Position numbers and translations under genes: made by a program. From assembly GCA_013152895.1 (NCBI GenBank), contig JAADFN010000104.1, positions 1 through 59,641 of the forward strand: DNA of 59,641 nucleotides. Direction: 5' to 3'. The notes under the pieces are model-generated. The model did not search any database. It saw only the letters and a program-made list of their open reading frames with translations, and was not told the origin of the DNA. Positions 9,114 through 17,955 of this stretch are shown here, one piece after another. Every line of letters starts with the position of its first letter. The first letter of the stretch is position 1. This DNA is from Acidobacteriota bacterium. GTDB taxonomy: Bacteria > Acidobacteriota > Thermoanaerobaculia > Thermoanaerobaculales > Sulfomarinibacteraceae.

Positions 9114-10292
9114 ATGGATCGCACCGTGACGGGCCTCGAGGTGCTCGTGGATGATCCCACGCCGATCGGCGGGCGGACGTGGGCGTTGCTGACCAACCAT
9201 GCCGCCGTGAGCGCGGAACTGGCGCCGGGGCGTTCCGAGCTTGCCCGGGCCGCCGGTGCGCCCGCCCTCCTCTTCGCCCCCGAGCATGGCCTGGAGGGCG
9301 TTGCGCAAGACATGGAGGCCGTGGACGATGCGGCCGATCCACTGACCGGGGTACGGGTCCGTTCGCTGTACGGCGCCCACGCCGCGACGCTCGAGCCGGC
9401 GGCCGCCGATCTCGACGGCATCGATGTCGTTGTGATCGACCTTCCCGATATCGGCACGCGGTACTACACGTTCGCGGCGACGATGGACGCCGTGATGGCG
9501 GCCTGCGAACGGGCCGGAGTCGAGGTGATGGTGCTCGACCGTCCAAACCCCATCAACGGCATCGACCGGGAAGGGGGCTTGATCCGGCCCGGCTTCGAGT
9601 CGTTCGTCGGGCGGATCCCCACGCCGGTGCGTCACGGGCTGACGCTCGGCGAGGTGGCGCTGCTCCTCCAGCGCGAGCGATACCCCGGCCTCGAGCTCAC
9701 CGTCATCACGTGCCGGGGATGGCGGCGAAGGCAGTGGCTGGATGAGACGGGCCTGCCCTGGGTCGCTCCCAGCCCGAACATGCCGACTCTCGAGACGGCG
9801 GTCCTCTATCCCGGGCTGTGCCTCGTCGAGGCGACGAACCTCTCCGAGGGGCGCGGAACTACCCGGCCGTTCAAGCTTGTCGGCGCGCCGTGGCTCGATG
9901 GCCCCCGCCTGGCCGGCGAGCTCGACAAACGCCGGATTCCGGGCATCGCGGCGCGACCGGCGTGGTTCCGGCCTGCCTTCGGGAAGTACGCCGGCCGGGT
10001 GTGCAGCGGCGTCGAGCTGGCCGTGACCGATCGTCGCGCCTTCACGCCGGTGGCGTTCGGAGTGACGCTCCTGTGGATGATCCGCCGGCTGGCACCCGGG
10101 ACCTTCGCCTGGAGATCGGGCGCGTACGAGTTCGTCGACACCATCCCCGCCATCGATCTGTTGACCGGGGATGAGAGGGCTCGCACGTTGATCGAGGCGA
10201 GCGAGGATCCCTCGGCCTTGATCGCCTCGTGGCACGCCGGTATCCGGGACTTCGAGCAACGGCTCGAAGGGACGCTCCTCTACCCGGTGTGA
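9114..10292 (+). CDS. DUF1343 family protein (NamZ-like exo-beta-N-acetylmuramidase)
   Basis: The DUF1343 pattern is GLEVLVDD...LLTNHAAV...LFAPEHGL...VRSLYG...DLPDIGTRYYTF...VLDRPNPING. I chose the ATG at 9114; in-frame alternatives lie at 9060 and 8976. Confidence 0.8.
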   Translation: MDRTVTGLEVLVDDPTPIGGRTWALLTNHAAVSAELAPGRSELARAAGAPALLFAPEHGLEGVAQDMEAVDDAADPLTGVRVRSLYGAHAATLEPAAADLDGIDVVVIDLPDIGTRYYTFAATMDAVMAACERAGVEVMVLDRPNPINGIDREGGLIRPGFESFVGRIPTPVRHGLTLGEVALLLQRERYPGLELTVITCRGWRRRQWLDETGLPWVAPSPNMPTLETAVLYPGLCLVEATNLSEGRGTTRPFKLVGAPWLDGPRLAGELDKRRIPGIAARPAWFRPAFGKYAGRVCSGVELAVTDRRAFTPVAFGVTLLWMIRRLAPGTFAWRSGAYEFVDTIPAIDLLTGDERARTLIEASEDPSALIASWHAGIRDFEQRLEGTLLYPV

Positions 10293-10616
10293 GCCTGGCC
10301 CACATATCTCACATACCCTCCAGCCGCGGGCGTCTCGCCCGCCGTCGGCGGTGATCATCGTGTTATCTGCGAACCGTGAGGCCGTTGTCCTCCCCGTCCA
10401 ACCCGGCCGTCCCGCCTCGATGTGTTGGCACATGACAACACCCGTTCGATGCAGGATTCAACGGTCGTAACTCGCTGTATATCAGCACGTTCGTCCAAAT
10501 GCGCCGGCGGGAGGAAAGGAGCCCTGCTGAAATTGACATCGGCTACACGGGGCCACACGTGTTGTGTTTTTCGTAAAGTACTGCACGAGCGGTGTGTTAT
10601 GGACGCTTGTGAAAGC

Positions 10617-10632
10617 TGGCACACGCTATGCA
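10617..10632 (+). promoter_or_regulatory. Sigma-54 (RpoN) -24/-12 promoter candidate
   Basis: TGGCAC-ACGCT-ATGCA matches the consensus TGGCAC-N5-TTGCA, with GG and GC at the exact spacing. It lies about 140 nt upstream of the GcvH-like CDS. Confidence 0.5.
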
Positions 10633-10771
10633 ATTGCCGTGGGCGGAGGTTGAAGATGAACCGCAGGAACCACAACCGGAACAACAGCGACCCGGCGGAG
10701 GCGCGGTCCAGATCGACCTCGAAAACACGCATGACCAGGTTGGCCAGGGGCCTGACCTGGGGGAGGCAATC

Positions 10772-11446
10772 ATGGCAGCCGTTCTCGTAATCCTGACGAT
10801 CGTGGCGTTCGTGGCGGTGGACGCGATGCACCTGTGGTTGAAGCGCCGCAGTGCTGAAGCGGTAACCGGTGTGGCTCCGGTGAAGGCGTTTGCCGGGGTT
10901 CGCGTGCCACGGGGGCTTTTCCTTGATGACGCACACAGTTGGGCTCGTTTGACGGAGTCCGGTGAGCTGAACGTCGGTGTCGACGAGTTCTTGACACAGG
11001 CGCTTGGCGGGGCGGACCGGGTGGACCTGCCCGAGCCGGGTACAAGGGTCGAGAGGGGGCAGACGCTGGCGACGGTGTGGCGCCAGGGCCGCAAGCTCGA
11101 GGTTGCAGCACCCGTCAGCGGCCGGGTCGTGGCGACGAACGAGACCGTTGCGTACCACCCGGAGTCGGTGGAGGCGGATCCGTACGGGTCTGGATGGCTG
11201 GCGCGCCTCTGGCCCGTGGATCATGCCGAGGCTTTGAAGGGCCTGCGGGTGGGCGAACGTGCGGCGAAGTGGCTGGAGCGCGAGGTCCAGAGGTTTGCCG
11301 AGTTCCTGTCGCAGAAGACCTCTCCCGAGCTCGTTGGCGTCATGCTTCCCGATGGCGCTCACCCGGTCGTCGGCGCGGCGCTCAACCTCGATGACGCCGC
11401 CTGGCAAGAGTTCCAGGATCAGTTCGCCCGCAACTCCCAGAGTTGA
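10772..11446 (+). CDS. Membrane-anchored glycine-cleavage-H-like (GcvH family) domain protein
   Basis: The ATG at 10772 follows a GGGAGG ribosome-binding site. An N-terminal TM helix (MAAVLVILTIVAFVAVDAM) is followed by a GcvH-like fold (HSWARL...VGVDEF...VDLPEPGTRVERGQTLATV...APVSGRVVATN...DPYGSGWLARL) and a C-terminal extension of about 70 aa. Confidence 0.7.
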   Translation: MAAVLVILTIVAFVAVDAMHLWLKRRSAEAVTGVAPVKAFAGVRVPRGLFLDDAHSWARLTESGELNVGVDEFLTQALGGADRVDLPEPGTRVERGQTLATVWRQGRKLEVAAPVSGRVVATNETVAYHPESVEADPYGSGWLARLWPVDHAEALKGLRVGERAAKWLEREVQRFAEFLSQKTSPELVGVMLPDGAHPVVGAALNLDDAAWQEFQDQFARNSQS

Positions 11447-11473
11447 GACCTCGACCCCCCAGGAATGACCGAC

Positions 11474-11493
11474 GGGGCGCCGAAAGGCGCCCC
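11474..11493 (+). terminator. GC-rich hairpin between convergent genes (candidate intrinsic terminator)
   Basis: GGGGCGCC-GAAA-GGCGCCCC is followed by TTCTCGT. It lies between the GcvH-like stop (11446) and the ispA stop (11505). Confidence 0.45.
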
Positions 11494-11504
11494 TTCTCGT
11501 GAAG

Positions 11505-12407
11505 CTACGAACGGCGCTGGCAGATGAAATGCGCCAGCGCTCCGAGCGGCCCGCCAGGCGCTTCGAGCTGGCTCGCCAGGCTTTCGAGACGGCTCTCGAG
11601 ATCGTGAAGAATCGCGCGCGCGCGATCGAGCCCGTAGAGGGTGACGAAGGTCAGCTTGCCCGCGGCTTCGTCCTTGCCCGGGGACTTGCCGAGCTCCTCG
11701 GCCGTGGCGGTCGCATCGAGGATGTCGTCGGCCACCTGGAACGCCATGCCGAGCCGGGCGCCGAACTCGGCGAACAGGGCCTCGGTTTCGGGTGCTGCGC
11801 CGGCGAGGACCGCACCGAGCTGGACGGAGGCGCGCAGCAGGTCGCCGGTCTTGTGACGGTGGATCAACTCCAGCCGGGAAGCAGCAGCACCTCCATCCTC
11901 GTCGAGGTGACCCGTCGCGGCAAGATCTTCGACCTGGCCGCCCACCATGCCGCGCGAGCCAGCCGCAGCCGCAACGAGAGCGACCGCGCGCGCCCGGCGT
12001 GCCGCCCACGCCTCCGGCTCGGGACAGGTCGCCAGGACCTCGAGCCCGAGCGTCAGGAGCGCATCGCCCGTGAGAATCGCCGTCGCCTCGTCAAAGGCGA
12101 CATGGACCGTCGAACGTCCGCGCCTGAGGACGTCGTCGTCGAGCGCCGGGAGATCGTCGTGAATCAGCGAGTACGTATGGATCAGCTCAATGCCGCACGC
12201 GGCCGCCGTGATGTCGTCGGCATCGCCGCCGGCAGCGCGATGGGCGAGGCGGGCAAGGATCGGCCGGATGCGTTTGCCTCCGCCAAAGACGGCGTAGCGC
12301 ATCGCGGCGTGAAGCCGTGACGGCCACGCGCTCTCGTCGGGCAACAGCCGGTCGAGGGAGGTCTCCACCGCCGCACGTTCCTCCCGGAGCAGGTCCTGGA
12401 TCTTCAC
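11505..12407 (-). CDS. ispA: Polyprenyl (farnesyl/geranylgeranyl) diphosphate synthase
   Basis: The two Asp-rich motifs are LIHDDLPALDDD and FQVADDILD. The GTG start at 12407 overlaps the xseB stop. Confidence 0.9.
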   Translation of the reverse strand: MKIQDLLREERAAVETSLDRLLPDESAWPSRLHAAMRYAVFGGGKRIRPILARLAHRAAGGDADDITAAACGIELIHTYSLIHDDLPALDDDVLRRGRSTVHVAFDEATAILTGDALLTLGLEVLATCPEPEAWAARRARAVALVAAAAGSRGMVGGQVEDLAATGHLDEDGGAAASRLELIHRHKTGDLLRASVQLGAVLAGAAPETEALFAEFGARLGMAFQVADDILDATATAEELGKSPGKDEAAGKLTFVTLYGLDRARAILHDLESRLESLASQLEAPGGPLGALAHFICQRRS

Positions 12408-12652
12408 GGCGCCGTATCCGGATCGAGAGGCTCGGTCGCAGGCTCCCCTTCCCCGGCGTCTTCCAGCAGCTTCTCGACGCGCTGCTCGACGGCCTCGAGC
12501 CGCACCCGGCAGGCACGCGCCAGCTTCATCCCCTCCTCGAAGAGATCGAGCGCCTCTTCAAGGCCTACAGAGTCGTCCTCCAGGCGTGCAACGATCCCCT
12601 CGAGCTTCGCGAGCTGATCCTCGAACCGTTCAGATCTGTCGTCTTTCGTCAT
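12404..12652 (-). CDS. xseB: Exodeoxyribonuclease VII small subunit
   Basis: This is an 82-aa ORF with FEDQLAKLEGIVARLEDDSVGLEEALDLFEEGMKLARACRVRL. It is ATGA-coupled to xseA. Confidence 0.9.
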   Translation of the reverse strand: MTKDDRSERFEDQLAKLEGIVARLEDDSVGLEEALDLFEEGMKLARACRVRLEAVEQRVEKLLEDAGEGEPATEPLDPDTAP

Positions 12653-14043
12653 GTTCTCTCCTCATCGTCGAACAATCCTGGCTGATCCGTGACCGCCGGG
12701 GCCTGGCGCGCCCGGGTTCGGCCGCCTCGAATCGCAACGGACCGCAGCAGGCCCGCCGCAAGCGTCGTCACGAGATGCGTACCGTGGCGGACCCGAGCGG
12801 GGTCCTTCAGCGGCGTCGTCGACCCCTCGATGGCCGTGATCGAATAGCCCCGCTCCAGAATCGCCCGCGGATTGAGATGGCCGAGCGCACGCTCGGAATC
12901 CTTCAGGCGTGCATCGGCGCGTTCCATGCGGCGGCCGAGGGATGTCCGGAGCGCCCGGATCCGGCTGTCCAGGAGCTGGCGCTGCGTCCCGGCAGCGAGC
13001 CGGGCCGGCGTGCGCCTGATGGCCGCATCCGCGGCGTGAAGGCGCATGCGGGCCCTCTCCACCATGCGCGTTACCAGGCCCGGCAACCGGCGCGCAGCGC
13101 CGAGGCGCTCCTGCGCGAGACGGATTCTCTGGGGAACACGCGCGAGCCCGGACGATCCCTCCAGGCCCGCCAGCCGGGCGCGGGCCAGCGCAACGTGCCT
13201 GGCAAACGCGCGGCCCATCCGCCGCCCGGCATCATCGAGGCGGCCCGCCTGCTCCTCGATCTTGCTCGCGACGATCTCGGCGGCGTGGGTCGGCGTCGCA
13301 GCCCTGATATCGGCGACAAAATCCGCGATCGTGAAATCAACTTCGTGGCCGACGCCAGAGATCACCGGGACCGGGCAGGCAGCGATGGCTCGCGCGACGG
13401 CCTCCTCGTTGAACGCCCACAGGTCTTCGAGGCTCCCGCCTCCGCGGCCGACGATCACGACGTCCACGAGGCCGGAGGCGCCCAGCCGCTCGATACCCCG
13501 TGCGATCTGGTCGGCCGCGCCGTCGCCCTGCACCATGGCAGGCGCGAGAACGACGCGCACGTGGGGGAGCCGGCGAAGGATCATGAGCATGTCCCGCACG
13601 GCGGCGCCCGTGGCAGACGTGACGATACCAACCCGCTGTGGCAACGCTGGCAGGGGACGTTTTCGCTCGGGCGCAAAGAGACCCTCCGCGGCGAGCTTGG
13701 CCTTGAGCTGCTCGAAGGCGAGCTGGAGCGCGCCGACGCCCTGGGGCTCGAGCTGCTCGACGACGAGCTGGAAACGGCCCCGTTGCGGGTAGATCGTCAG
13801 CGAGCCGAAAGCCGTCAGCGCCAGGCCGTCCTCGACCTTGAACTTCAACGAGCGAGCCCGGGAGGCCCACATCACGCAGTCGAGCGCCGAGGAGGCATCC
13901 TTGAGCGTGAAGTAGAGATGCCCGCGGCCGGAGCTGACGGCGTTGGTGACCTCTCCCTCCACCCAGATTCCGGCGAATCCCTCGGAAAGAAGCTCGTTGA
14001 CCTCGCGGATGAGCTCGCCGACGCGCCAGATCTTCCGGCTCAT
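12649..14043 (-). CDS. xseA: Exodeoxyribonuclease VII large subunit
   Basis: The sequence MSRKIWRVGELIREVNELLSEGFAGIWVEGEVTN starts at the ATG at 14043, which overlaps the upstream stop as ATGA. The ORF-track extension to 14649 is Arg/Pro-rich noise. Confidence 0.9.
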   Translation of the reverse strand: MSRKIWRVGELIREVNELLSEGFAGIWVEGEVTNAVSSGRGHLYFTLKDASSALDCVMWASRARSLKFKVEDGLALTAFGSLTIYPQRGRFQLVVEQLEPQGVGALQLAFEQLKAKLAAEGLFAPERKRPLPALPQRVGIVTSATGAAVRDMLMILRRLPHVRVVLAPAMVQGDGAADQIARGIERLGASGLVDVVIVGRGGGSLEDLWAFNEEAVARAIAACPVPVISGVGHEVDFTIADFVADIRAATPTHAAEIVASKIEEQAGRLDDAGRRMGRAFARHVALARARLAGLEGSSGLARVPQRIRLAQERLGAARRLPGLVTRMVERARMRLHAADAAIRRTPARLAAGTQRQLLDSRIRALRTSLGRRMERADARLKDSERALGHLNPRAILERGYSITAIEGSTTPLKDPARVRHGTHLVTTLAAGLLRSVAIRGGRTRARQAPAVTDQPGLFDDEERT

Positions 14044-15260
14044 TTGAGCTCCGGTGCCAGCGCGAACGGCACGCTGAGACAGGCAAGCGTGACGATCCAC
14101 ACCTCCGCATCGCCCCAGTTGTACTCGAACAGCCCGGCGGCGGTGATCCCCGCCACAGCCAGGAAGCATCCCGCCAGGGCGGGGAACACGGCGCGGTCCG
14201 CGTGCCTGAGGGCGCGCCACGTGTGACGGAAGAAGACGAAGAGGATCGCGGCGTAGGCCCCCAGTCCGAACATGCCGGTTTCGGCGGTGATCTGGAGGAT
14301 GTTGTCGTGAAGATGCGGGATTTCCCACCGTGGCGCATCGTCGCGGCGGTACACGGGGTAGCGGCGTTGCACCATCCCGAGGCCCATGCCGAAAACGGGA
14401 TGGTCCTGGATCATCTCCTCGGCCGACTGGGCCATGCACAGCCGGTCGTAGTTCGAAGGCTGGTGGAGGTCGAATATCGACACGACCCGCTGGATCACCG
14501 GCCGCGGGAGAACGACGGCGAGGATGAGAGCGACAACCGGATAGAAGAAAAACGCCTTGGGTTTCCACACGGCGGCGACAAGCCCGAGGCCAACGCCAAG
14601 GCCAACCCATGCATTGCGCGTGTACGACAGGAACAGCGTGACCGTGCACAGCGTGAAAGCGGGGAAGGTCCAGAACAGCCTGCGGTGGTCACGCTGAAAG
14701 ACCATGTCGCCGAGTAACAGCAGGACCACGACGAGCGTCCATCCCGAAAAGGTCATGTAATGGGTCGTCAGTCCGCGCAACCGGTGGCTGAGGTTGGATG
14801 CGCCGTGGGCGTACTGCCAAAGCCCCACCAAGGAGGACGCAACCGCAACCGCGGTCAGCAGCCGCAGTTGCCACTCCCACCTTGCGGGGGTCATCATCGA
14901 AATGACCATCGGAACCATGACGAGGGTCAACAGGTCGTCGAGCTGGGTAACGCTGTACGCCGGGTCCAGGGAGAATGCAACCGCGGCCAGCGAGGCGATG
15001 ATGTACAGAATGATGGGAACGTAGAGGGGAGACCGGTGCCATGAAATATCATGTCTCCAGATGGCGAGCAACCACACCACGAACGCGATGCCGAGCAAAG
15101 CATTCGCCAGGGCGATCTTCACACTGCACGCGATTGCGCCGAGCAGAGCGCCAGCCGCGACAGAGCCGAGGCCGATCAGGGCTTCACCTCGTCCGGCCCA
15201 AGAGCTTCGTCGGAAAGCATGACCGGTATGTCCGAAACGACCGGGTACACCCTCCCGCAC
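14040..15260 (-). CDS. O-antigen ligase / Wzy_C family polytopic membrane protein
   Basis: It has about 10-12 hydrophobic helices and the family motif LSYTRNAWVGLGVGL. The start is uncertain. The GTG at 15260 would overlap the preceding gene by 85 nt. Confidence 0.7.
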   Translation of the reverse strand: MREGVPGRFGHTGHAFRRSSWAGRGEALIGLGSVAAGALLGAIACSVKIALANALLGIAFVVWLLAIWRHDISWHRSPLYVPIILYIIASLAAVAFSLDPAYSVTQLDDLLTLVMVPMVISMMTPARWEWQLRLLTAVAVASSLVGLWQYAHGASNLSHRLRGLTTHYMTFSGWTLVVVLLLLGDMVFQRDHRRLFWTFPAFTLCTVTLFLSYTRNAWVGLGVGLGLVAAVWKPKAFFFYPVVALILAVVLPRPVIQRVVSIFDLHQPSNYDRLCMAQSAEEMIQDHPVFGMGLGMVQRRYPVYRRDDAPRWEIPHLHDNILQITAETGMFGLGAYAAILFVFFRHTWRALRHADRAVFPALAGCFLAVAGITAAGLFEYNWGDAEVWIVTLACLSVPFALAPELK

Positions 15261-15427
15261 GCGGTACAGGCCAGCCCGATCTCCACGACGGGGTCCTCGT
15301 CCTTGAACTGCTCCCGGTACGTGGTCACCAGCCGTGCGCGGACCTCTCCGGGGAGCTCAACGACTTCAAGCTTGGAATGATCGACGGGGCACACAAGAAT
15401 GTCCAGTAACTGAGAATCGACAGCCAT
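15176..15427 (-). CDS. Trm112/YcaR (UPF0434) family small zinc-ribbon-like protein
   Basis: The ATG at 15427 follows a GGAGGA ribosome-binding site. Motifs are LLDILVCP...C..CGRVYPVVSDIPVML. The ORF-track start at 15640 is trimmed. Confidence 0.75.
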   Translation of the reverse strand: MAVDSQLLDILVCPVDHSKLEVVELPGEVRARLVTTYREQFKDEDPVVEIGLACTACGRVYPVVSDIPVMLSDEALGPDEVKP

Positions 15428-15533
15428 GGCAGTTCCTCCAGCCGCTAGTCTACAGCAGGAAACCCTCCCGGGTTGACGGAATCTCCGCCGCCCGCGAGGG
15501 CATGGCTTGTATCCTTCTCGCGCGGCGAGCTGG

Positions 15534-15956
15534 CTACTTTTGCGGAAATGCTCCCAGCTTGACGCCCCTGGGCAAGGCCTTGCGGGCGTGGCACGCCTCA
15601 CACGTCGTCGGACCGCCGTTTTCCTGATGACAGCCCACACAACGCGTGTGGTACGCCACTTTCAGGCTAGGAATGTTGGGGGAGTTGGAGTTGAACACCT
15701 TCTTGGAATGGCACGTGTCGCACGTTGTCGGCTCCCCGTCGGTGTGGTGATGACACGTCGTGCACTCGCCGGCCATGTCCGCATGTTCCGCGTGTGGAAA
15801 CGTCACCGGCCCGAACCAGTGGCTGAGACCGTCGATGGTGATCGTCTCAGGCACCACGGGCTTGGCCTTCGCGGTGGGCTTTCCCGCCGTCGAGACCGCG
15901 GCAAAACCAAGAACGATACACACGACAACAAGCACGATCTGGAAAAAACGTTTCAT
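15534..15956 (-). CDS. Periplasmic tetrahaem cytochrome c3 family protein
   Basis: The ATG at 15956 follows a GGAGGAG ribosome-binding site. The signal peptide is MKRFFQIVLVVVCIVLGFAAVSTA. There are four CXXCH motifs (CTTCH, CDTCH, CVGCH, CEACH) in about 115 mature residues. Confidence 0.88.
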   Translation of the reverse strand: MKRFFQIVLVVVCIVLGFAAVSTAGKPTAKAKPVVPETITIDGLSHWFGPVTFPHAEHADMAGECTTCHHHTDGEPTTCDTCHSKKVFNSNSPNIPSLKVAYHTRCVGCHQENGGPTTCEACHARKALPRGVKLGAFPQK

Positions 15957-16040
15957 GGGACTCTCCTCCGTCAGCAACCTTGATCGGGCCGCACGAGGCG
16001 TCGGCCTTTCGCCGCGGTGAAAGCGGACACGACATGGCGG

Positions 16041-16595
16041 TTACATTCGCTCGCCGTCTGCAGGAACCCCGATCGTGTCCGAGCAGGACTCGCAAAAGGC
16101 GGCATCCTTGAGATCCACCTGCTCCGGGAGCCGCGAAGCTCCCATTGCGCACCACGGAACCCGGCAATGCACGAGGCCCAACGTATGTCCGAGCTCGTGC
16201 AAGACCTCCTTGGTGAGACGTTCCCGCGTTCGCACGGGGTCTCGTGGATCCCCCTGGAACTCGGGCCGCAACCGGTGTAACGATGCAATGCCGACCGGGC
16301 CGCCGAGCTGGGCGGCGCCGAAAACGTGCGTGAACACGGGAAGGAACAGGTCGACCTGTGCGATACCGATCCGGTGCACGCCATCCTGGATCGGAATATC
16401 GAGAAGGTCCTGGAGCAACGCCGTCGCCAGGTATTGGCGCCGCCGGCCATCGAAAGCGATCGCAGGGTCGATCTCGCGCGGCGAGATCCAGACCGCATGC
16501 GCCAGGTACCGCGACAGGTCCGCCCGCAGGGCTCGCAGCACGGCGGGGAGCACCGCCCCCACACGTACGAGCTCTACTGACCATGATCCCGGCAC
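16041..16595 (-). CDS. Archaemetzincin-like zinc metallopeptidase (peptidase M54)
   Basis: The motif is HELGHTLGLVHC followed by PWCAM and FCESC cysteine pairs. The GTG start at 16595 is 10 nt downstream of the response-regulator stop. Confidence 0.78.
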   Translation of the reverse strand: MPGSWSVELVRVGAVLPAVLRALRADLSRYLAHAVWISPREIDPAIAFDGRRRQYLATALLQDLLDIPIQDGVHRIGIAQVDLFLPVFTHVFGAAQLGGPVGIASLHRLRPEFQGDPRDPVRTRERLTKEVLHELGHTLGLVHCRVPWCAMGASRLPEQVDLKDAAFCESCSDTIGVPADGERM

Positions 16596-16605
16596 CGATC
16601 ATCTC

Positions 16606-17955
16606 CTACCGTCTCTCGATTCCGTACTTGCGCATCTTGTTGTACAAGGTCACGCGGTCGATGCCGAGCTTCTTGGCCGCGTGGGTGATGTTGAAATCCT
16701 CGAGCTGCAGCACCTTGAGGATGTGCCGCTTCTCGATCGCTTGAAGCGACAGATCGTCAGGCTCAGGCTCGTTGCCAAAGGTCTGGGTATGAATCGGCAA
16801 GTACTCAGGTTTGATTTCCCCTTCATGGCAGACAACGAGCGCACGTTCAACGGCGTTGGCCAGCTCCCGGACGTTCCCCGGCCAGTCGTACGCGAGCATC
16901 ATCGCCTTGGCCTCGGCGGAGAATCCGGTCACCTTCCGGCCCATCGCCGCCGCGAACTTCCGGAGGTAATGTTCGGCGATCGGCAGAATATCCTCCCGTC
17001 TCTCCCTCAGGGGAGGGATATCGATCTGGAAAACGTTGATCCGGTAGTACAGGTCTTGCCGGAACGTCTCCTCGCGAACCGCCTCCTCGAGGTCGCGGTT
17101 CGTCGCGCAGACGACCCGGAAATCAACGGGTATCTCCTGGACGCCTCCAACCCGCGTGATCGTGTGCTCTTCCAGCGCCCGCAGCAGCTCGACCTGCACC
17201 TTGGGTGAGATCTCCCCGATCTCGTCCAGGAAAAGCGTGCCCCCGTCGGCGAGCTCCAGCTTCCCCTTCCGGCGGGACGTGGCGCCGGTGAACGATCCCT
17301 TCTCATGCCCGAACAGCTCGGATTCCAACACGCCTTCGGAAAGCGCCCCGCAGTTGACGGCAACCAGCGGCCCGAATGCGCGCGGGCTCTTGGCATGGAT
17401 CAACCGGGCGATCAGCTCCTTGCCGGTCCCGGATTCCCCGCGAATCAGCACCGTCGTATCCGTGGGCGCGACAGATTCGACCAGCTCGAGGACCCGGCGC
17501 ATCTCGCGGCTCGTGCCCTCGACGATCTGGGGGCTGATGCCGGCGATCCGCTGTTTGAGGGCGACGTTCTCTTCCTTGAGCCGGATCTTTTCGCATGCCT
17601 TCTCCACGACGTGGGAGAGCTCCTCGGGATCGAACGGCTTGACGAGGTAGTCGTACGCACCTTCCTTGAGCGCCTGCACGGCCGTTGCAACCGAGGCGTA
17701 GGCGGTGACAAGAATCACGGCGACGTCGGGATCGACCTGGCGGATACGCCTCAGCAGCTCGAGTCCGTCCATTCCGGGCATCTTGATATCCGTGATGACA
17801 ACATCGACGTGCCGGCGTCCCAGGACGGTCAGCGCCTCCTTGCCGCTCGATGCCGTGACGACTTCGTAGCCGTCCTCCGTGAACCAGCTTGCCAGTGATT
17901 CGCGAACGTGGAGCTCATCGTCGACGATCATCAGGCTTGGAGCTCTGCTGCTCAT
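16606..17955 (-). CDS. Sigma-54-dependent response regulator (NtrC family: REC + AAA+ + Fis-type HTH)
   Basis: The REC domain carries DVVITDIKMPGMDGLELL. The AAA+ domain has Walker A GESGTGKE and the sigma-54 contact loop GSFTGA. The C-terminus has an HTH (ITHAAKKLGIDRVTLYNKMRKYGI). It is ATGA-coupled to the kinase. Confidence 0.93.
   Translation of the reverse strand: MSSRAPSLMIVDDELHVRESLASWFTEDGYEVVTASSGKEALTVLGRRHVDVVITDIKMPGMDGLELLRRIRQVDPDVAVILVTAYASVATAVQALKEGAYDYLVKPFDPEELSHVVEKACEKIRLKEENVALKQRIAGISPQIVEGTSREMRRVLELVESVAPTDTTVLIRGESGTGKELIARLIHAKSPRAFGPLVAVNCGALSEGVLESELFGHEKGSFTGATSRRKGKLELADGGTLFLDEIGEISPKVQVELLRALEEHTITRVGGVQEIPVDFRVVCATNRDLEEAVREETFRQDLYYRINVFQIDIPPLRERREDILPIAEHYLRKFAAAMGRKVTGFSAEAKAMMLAYDWPGNVRELANAVERALVVCHEGEIKPEYLPIHTQTFGNEPEPDDLSLQAIEKRHILKVLQLEDFNITHAAKKLGIDRVTLYNKMRKYGIERR

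Noticed and set aside
10326-10352. GC hairpins after the NamZ-like gene (GCGGGCG-TCT-CGCCCGC and CCGCC-GTC-GGCGG) as an intrinsic terminator.
   Set aside because: The stems are short and no T-tract follows. Such hairpins are common in GC-rich DNA.
8895-10433. A 512-aa minus-strand ORF, and similar very long ORFs antisense to real genes. Examples are 4991..6838(+), 6634..8457(+), 12586..14226(+), 22039..23088(-), 34571..35971(-), 38156..39463(+), 49453..50763(+), 54898..56400(+) and 56483..58033(-).
   Set aside because: Their composition is dominated by Arg, Pro, Gly and Ala, and they have no recognisable motifs. Each lies opposite a frame with strong family signatures. This is the usual open antisense frame of high-GC DNA.
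10422-10441. The palindrome GTGTTG-N8-CAACAC, plus further GTGTT(G/A) copies at 10559 and 10594, as an enhancer site for the sigma-54 promoter. CAACAC also occurs at 21621.
   Set aside because: Six-bp arms with free spacing are expected about once by chance in a 480-bp region. GTGTTG also occurs in unrelated places, for example 58754. That is not enough to call a binding site.
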